Below, in pieces: positions 59,840-64,000 of a stretch of 64,000 bases of DNA; positions within the stretch are counted from its first letter, which is position 1; each line of letters begins with the position of its first letter. The stretch comes from an uncultured Aliarcobacter sp. Its GTDB lineage: Bacteria > Campylobacterota > Campylobacteria > Campylobacterales > Arcobacteraceae. The notes beneath the pieces were generated by a model. It was not told the origin of the DNA, searched no databases, and worked only from the letters and a program-made list of their open reading frames with translations. A program made the translations under genes and the position numbers. The stretch lies in the NCBI GenBank assembly GCA_963677435.1, contig OY781945.1, positions 2,528,001-2,592,000 of the forward strand, in the 5' to 3' direction.

Positions 59840-60550
59840 TTATTTTTTAACTCCTACAATAATCCATTCATCATAAGAAAAGTCTATTGATTCATCAGTA
59901 AAAACTGTAGTATTACTGTGTTTATTAATTAATTTAATATCTAAGAAGTCAAAGAATTCAAATAATTCATCATATTCTGTAAAATGAACAATATCAATAT
60001 TCTTAAAATCACCAACATTAAAATTTGTAAAAGTATTTTTTTCGACTTTTAGGGCCATTTCAGCATCATTATTAGCTTTTTTACACCATCTATCATCACT
60101 TGTATACATAAATGATATTACGATTCCACCAGTTTTTAAAACCCTATTTGCTTCGTTCCAACTTTGTTTTATACTAGAAAATGTACCACAGCACATAGCT
60201 TCTCTATCTACTATTAAATCAAACATTTCATTTTCAAAGGGTAAATCTTGAAAATATGATTTCTTTATAATTGCTTTTACTTTTTGACTTAACAAAAATT
60301 CATTTGCTATTTTACAAGCACTTTCACTTCCATCAATTCCATAAACATCATATCCCTGCTCAGACATAAACTTAATATTATTAGCAGTTCCACATCCAAG
60401 TTCAAGAATTTTAATATCTTTTTTCTCTTTCTCTTGTGGTAAAAATTTTAATGAATTAAAAAATATTGAAATAAACTCTCCAAATGGATATTTATTAACT
60501 TGTTTATTTTGAGAATAAACTTCTTTTTCCCACTTAACATTTAATGACAT
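59840..60550 (-). CDS. Class I SAM-dependent methyltransferase
   Basis: LELGCGTAN, GIDGS, LPFENEMFDLI, RVLKTGG. Confidence 0.88.
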   Translation of the reverse strand: MSLNVKWEKEVYSQNKQVNKYPFGEFISIFFNSLKFLPQEKEKKDIKILELGCGTANNIKFMSEQGYDVYGIDGSESACKIANEFLLSQKVKAIIKKSYFQDLPFENEMFDLIVDREAMCCGTFSSIKQSWNEANRVLKTGGIVISFMYTSDDRWCKKANNDAEMALKVEKNTFTNFNVGDFKNIDIVHFTEYDELFEFFDFLDIKLINKHSNTTVFTDESIDFSYDEWIIVGVKK

Positions 60551-60623
60551 TTCTTCTCTCTTATTTTGAATTTAAAATTTTTATTGTATTACGACTTCTT
60601 CTTTTGTCAAATTTACATATATT

Positions 60624-61511
60624 TTACTCATATATCTTAATATTATCAACTAATTTTAAAGGTCTTTCATTTTCTTGCAGATATGAATTTATAACTGCTA
60701 AGTCCTGAGTATATAAATTTGATACTATTTCAAAATCAGTTTTTGATATTAATAATTCATATTTAGCTGTTGGATTAATATAAATTAAAGTGTTACTTAC
60801 TAAAGTTGAAATTACTCTACTTCTAAAAAAATAATTTATATACTTTATAAAAGAAAGTTCTTTTTTACTTAATGAACGATTGACCCTTTTATTTTCCATT
60901 CTAAAGTTATTACAATCTTCGATATTTAATATATTTTGAAGAAAATCTAAAAATATATTATCTTTTACTAAATCATAATTCTTAACCATTATATTACTAT
61001 AGCCAAAAATTTCATCAATTTTTTCAATTGTTTCTCTAAATTTATTTCTATAACTTTTTAAAAATATATCTAAATTTTTAGTATTACCATGTCTTTTAAT
61101 TGTCTGTTGATAAGAAGATACGAGATTATCTACAATTGCACGTACATAATAGATAATTTTAATTTGATATCCAAGAACAAAAGCTATATTTTTACATATC
61201 AGAATTTTATCATAATCAAATGATTGTATTATTTCACTTGATAATAAAATATTTTTTCCTTCTGCCATTAAAATATGACCTTTTATAATTCCTTCAATCA
61301 TTTTATTATCTGATGTTTTTTCTCTAAGTAAAAAAGCTAAATCAACTGCATTTCCGGAAGTTATTTTAAAATTCTTTGCTTGTTTATCATTTTTGGATAT
61401 TGGATAATATATATTATATTTTTCTAATACATCTTTATTTATTGCAAATTGAGACTGAAGGGAAGAGGTACCCGTCTTACCTGCCCCAATATGTAAATAC
61501 ATTATTTTCAT
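60624..61511 (-). CDS. Sulfotransferase-like P-loop protein
   Basis: LHIGAGKTGTSSLQ, LLSSE, IIYYVR...SSYQQ. Confidence 0.65.
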   Translation of the reverse strand: MKIMYLHIGAGKTGTSSLQSQFAINKDVLEKYNIYYPISKNDKQAKNFKITSGNAVDLAFLLREKTSDNKMIEGIIKGHILMAEGKNILLSSEIIQSFDYDKILICKNIAFVLGYQIKIIYYVRAIVDNLVSSYQQTIKRHGNTKNLDIFLKSYRNKFRETIEKIDEIFGYSNIMVKNYDLVKDNIFLDFLQNILNIEDCNNFRMENKRVNRSLSKKELSFIKYINYFFRSRVISTLVSNTLIYINPTAKYELLISKTDFEIVSNLYTQDLAVINSYLQENERPLKLVDNIKIYE

Positions 61512-63322
61512 TTATTCTGCACCTTTTCAAAAAAATCATCAATAGTTAATTTTTTATACTCTAAATTATTACTTTGAATAGTATTAAGAGTACTCTTCCC
61601 CTTACTTTTATGTAAAAAATTAATGACCTCAATAAAAGAAAAGAAATAGTTTGCGTTATCTCCATATCCTTCCCAATTTGGTTCATCGTCTAAAATTACA
61701 CAAATAAGTACTTTACCTAAAGTTAAAGCTTCAAATCCAATTGCAGATAATTTTGTTATAACAATAGTAGATATATTTAAAAAATGGAAAATAGGTAAAT
61801 CAGGAGTAAATAAATAAATATTACTAATTCCAGAAAGATGATTTTTTAAATACTCAAATTGCTGAAACCTAGGATGAGGCTTAATTATAAAGGCATAATT
61901 AATAAATTCTATTGCAAGAAGTTTTATATTATAAATAAAAATTTCGATTTCTTGAATATGAATAATACCTCTAATTCGAACATTAATATCAATAAATACA
62001 TATTCTAAATAATCATTTTTTATATATAGTAATTTCATTGAATCATTTTGAGTATATTGATTCTTTAGTTTTAACATATTTTTTTTTATATTCAATTCTG
62101 GAATTAGTAATAATTTGTTAGGCTCATATCCTTGATATAAACATGCTTCTTTATCTTTTTGTTCAAATAATATTTTATAATCCATTAAATTTAAATTATC
62201 TGCAAGGAAAGGGTAATATTTAAATTCTGAATTAATATCAAATATAAAACTTGTTATGTAACTATATTTACTATTTATAATATCTACAGCAATTTTTCCT
62301 GCGGGGAGTGAGACACCACCCCATAACTTCCATGCGGATAAAGTATTTTTTGAAAAAAATCGATTTAATGCTTTTTTATATCTGATGTTAAACCCATATT
62401 GAACTATAATTTCATAGTGAATCACATTATTAATTTGATTCTTTATTGAAAGGGGTAAGTGATTAAAAAATAAGTTGAATTTATTTTGGTTTGTTTTATA
62501 GATTAATAAATACTTTATTGTGGATAAAAATGAATAGAAAAAATCTAACACTGTCATATAATGTTCTAATATATAAGGTTTTTCTTGTATTAATTTTTCA
62601 TTTGTAATATTTATTCCATTTGTAATAAATTTACATTTATAATCACTATTTTGTTCTATAGTATCTGTAAAATATTTGAAACTATCATAAAATTTATGCA
62701 TATTTGAAGCAACATGTACAAATACAGTTTTTTTATACTCATTATATTTATTTTTTTTATACTTAATATTTAAAAGCAAAAAACTAAGGAAATAATACAT
62801 CCCCTTAAAATATCTTTTAAAATCTATTCGAATACATTCTTTAAAATAATTATATTTATTAGTAATATAAATTAAATATTCAATTTTATTTTCTATTAAA
62901 ATATCTTTTATAAATTTATTTTCTTTATAATAAAAACTTGAAGTATAATTTTCAACTAAATCAATCTTATAATCTGAGATAATTTTGTCAAATGATAATT
63001 TAAACAATACTATATCTAAAATAGATTGATTATTACCTCCTTCTATTTGTCCTTGTACATAAATCAATTTTTCGTTAATCACTAACTTTAGAAATTCATT
63101 TGCTCTAGTAATAATATCAATTGTTTGTTCAGATGATTCAAATACAGTATGCATTTCTTCAAGATAGAAGACTTTTTTTACATTAGAATGGTCTTTATAT
63201 TTTTCTAAAATTTCTAAATTATAAGAAGTAATATATATAGTTTTATCTTTTAATGAAGCTATTTTTTTATCTAAATTATTGTTATCCTCATTTATTATAA
63301 GAAGTATATTATTATTCAACAA
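61508..63322 (-). CDS. Probable surface-polysaccharide biosynthesis protein (GT-B-like C-terminus)
   Basis: IIKPHPR and VITKLSAIGFEALTLGK..I motifs resemble TagF/KpsS/sialyltransferase-type folds; TTG start after AGGA. Confidence 0.6.
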   Translation of the reverse strand: MLNNNILLIINEDNNNLDKKIASLKDKTIYITSYNLEILEKYKDHSNVKKVFYLEEMHTVFESSEQTIDIITRANEFLKLVINEKLIYVQGQIEGGNNQSILDIVLFKLSFDKIISDYKIDLVENYTSSFYYKENKFIKDILIENKIEYLIYITNKYNYFKECIRIDFKRYFKGMYYFLSFLLLNIKYKKNKYNEYKKTVFVHVASNMHKFYDSFKYFTDTIEQNSDYKCKFITNGINITNEKLIQEKPYILEHYMTVLDFFYSFLSTIKYLLIYKTNQNKFNLFFNHLPLSIKNQINNVIHYEIIVQYGFNIRYKKALNRFFSKNTLSAWKLWGGVSLPAGKIAVDIINSKYSYITSFIFDINSEFKYYPFLADNLNLMDYKILFEQKDKEACLYQGYEPNKLLLIPELNIKKNMLKLKNQYTQNDSMKLLYIKNDYLEYVFIDINVRIRGIIHIQEIEIFIYNIKLLAIEFINYAFIIKPHPRFQQFEYLKNHLSGISNIYLFTPDLPIFHFLNISTIVITKLSAIGFEALTLGKVLICVILDDEPNWEGYGDNANYFFSFIEVINFLHKSKGKSTLNTIQSNNLEYKKLTIDDFFEKVQNK

Positions 63323-63526
63323 TTATCCTAGGTATTGAAGTACTCTTCTAAATTTACAATATCTAACAGCAGTATTTTATTTTATAGATATTAATAATTT
63401 TATCTAACTTACTCTGTGCAGTATATTAAAAATCCATTTTTAAATTTTTATACCTAATTATCTTTTTTCAAAAAACTACTTTTTAAATTTAAGTATAAGT
63501 ATAATACGAAATTTATTTTAGTATAA

Positions 63527-63604
63527 CTATTTTATATACCTTAACTCACAAACTTAGAAAAATGCCTAAAGAGTAAATCTTTAGGTATTTTTTATAGTAT
63601 AAAA
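63527..63604 (+). repeat. 78-bp perfect direct repeat, copy 2
   Basis: Identical to 59758-59835. Confidence 0.95.
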
Positions 63605-64000
63605 ACAAAACCAGTAAGTGCAGAAACACTCATTTCATAAGGTTCAACATTTATTTTTTTTAGTGTATATTCTACATTTGTAATAATTTTTGAAATAATA
63701 ATCTCAAATGAGAAGTTTGAATGATCATACACACTCTCTTTTTTTGATTTGATATACTCTAAATTATTTATGATATTATAATCACCATTGTATTTTTTTG
63801 CTAATTCCATTTGCCAATTATTTTGCCAAGTATTAAAAAGATATTCACCTTTATAATTTTTATCAACTCTAATTTTCCATCTAACAACTTGAAGATATTC
63901 GTATAAATTTTGTAATTCATATTTATCATATTCCATTGCTGTAAATTGATGTTCACTATCCATACTATAAGCTTTGAAAATAAGTTTATAAAGTCCAATT
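63592..64000 (-). CDS. Hypothetical protein, 5' part beyond window; stop codon lies inside repeat copy 2
   Basis: Frame is open from the window edge (IGLYKLIFKAYSMDSEH...) to TAA at 63594-63592. Confidence 0.6.
   Translation of the reverse strand, partial: IGLYKLIFKAYSMDSEHQFTAMEYDKYELQNLYEYLQVVRWKIRVDKNYKGEYLFNTWQNNWQMELAKKYNGDYNIINNLEYIKSKKESVYDHSNFSFEIIISKIITNVEYTLKKINVEPYEMSVSALTGFVFIL

Noticed and set aside
63323..63526. Possible gene remnant (LDIVNLEEYFNT*) upstream of the 604-aa gene
   Set aside because: Short, interrupted by stops and without a recognisable motif; cannot be supported without a homology search
59758..63604. Repeat considered as CRISPR, integron attC or IS target duplication
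   Set aside because: Only two copies 3.7 kb apart, no cas, intI or transposase gene, no attC-type RYYYAAC/GTTRRRY ends recognised, and far too long for a target-site duplication
63801..63998. 65-aa minus-strand ORF
   Set aside because: Overlaps the longer open frame 63592-64000 on the same strand, which is the better candidate

Overview
AT-rich chromosomal window from a Campylobacterota bacterium. Gene content and order suggest Arcobacteraceae, but that is an inference. Most of it is core genes: glpD, nth, uvrB, lpxH, argC, greA, tcdA, cheV, argH, nifSU divergent from sufBCDSE-sufT, a biotin carboxylase, a TetR-regulated RND/TolC operon, selO, lon, bamD, proC, rdgB, lapG/lapD and a second RND gene. 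Four accessory patches stand out. (1) A decayed AraC-LysE pair. (2) An 828-aa protein with eight ~49-aa repeats and a membrane C-terminus, paired with a YhcG/PD-(D/E)XK nuclease. (3) A SIR2-STAND NTPase-TPR (NLR/Avs-like) gene back-to-back with a RelE/ParE toxin-antitoxin pair. (4) A perfect 78-bp direct repeat (59758-59835 and 63527-63604) that copies the 3' end and terminator of the RND gene and brackets a 3.7-kb, recombinase-free cassette of three probable surface-glycan genes. Other observations: a CxxxM/HxM copper-type TonB receptor missed by the ORF track, two probable ATC start codons (one in uvrB), three sigma54-like promoters, and candidate operators. No rRNA, tRNA, CRISPR array or transposase was seen. 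All calls come from reading motifs by eye; no database search was run.
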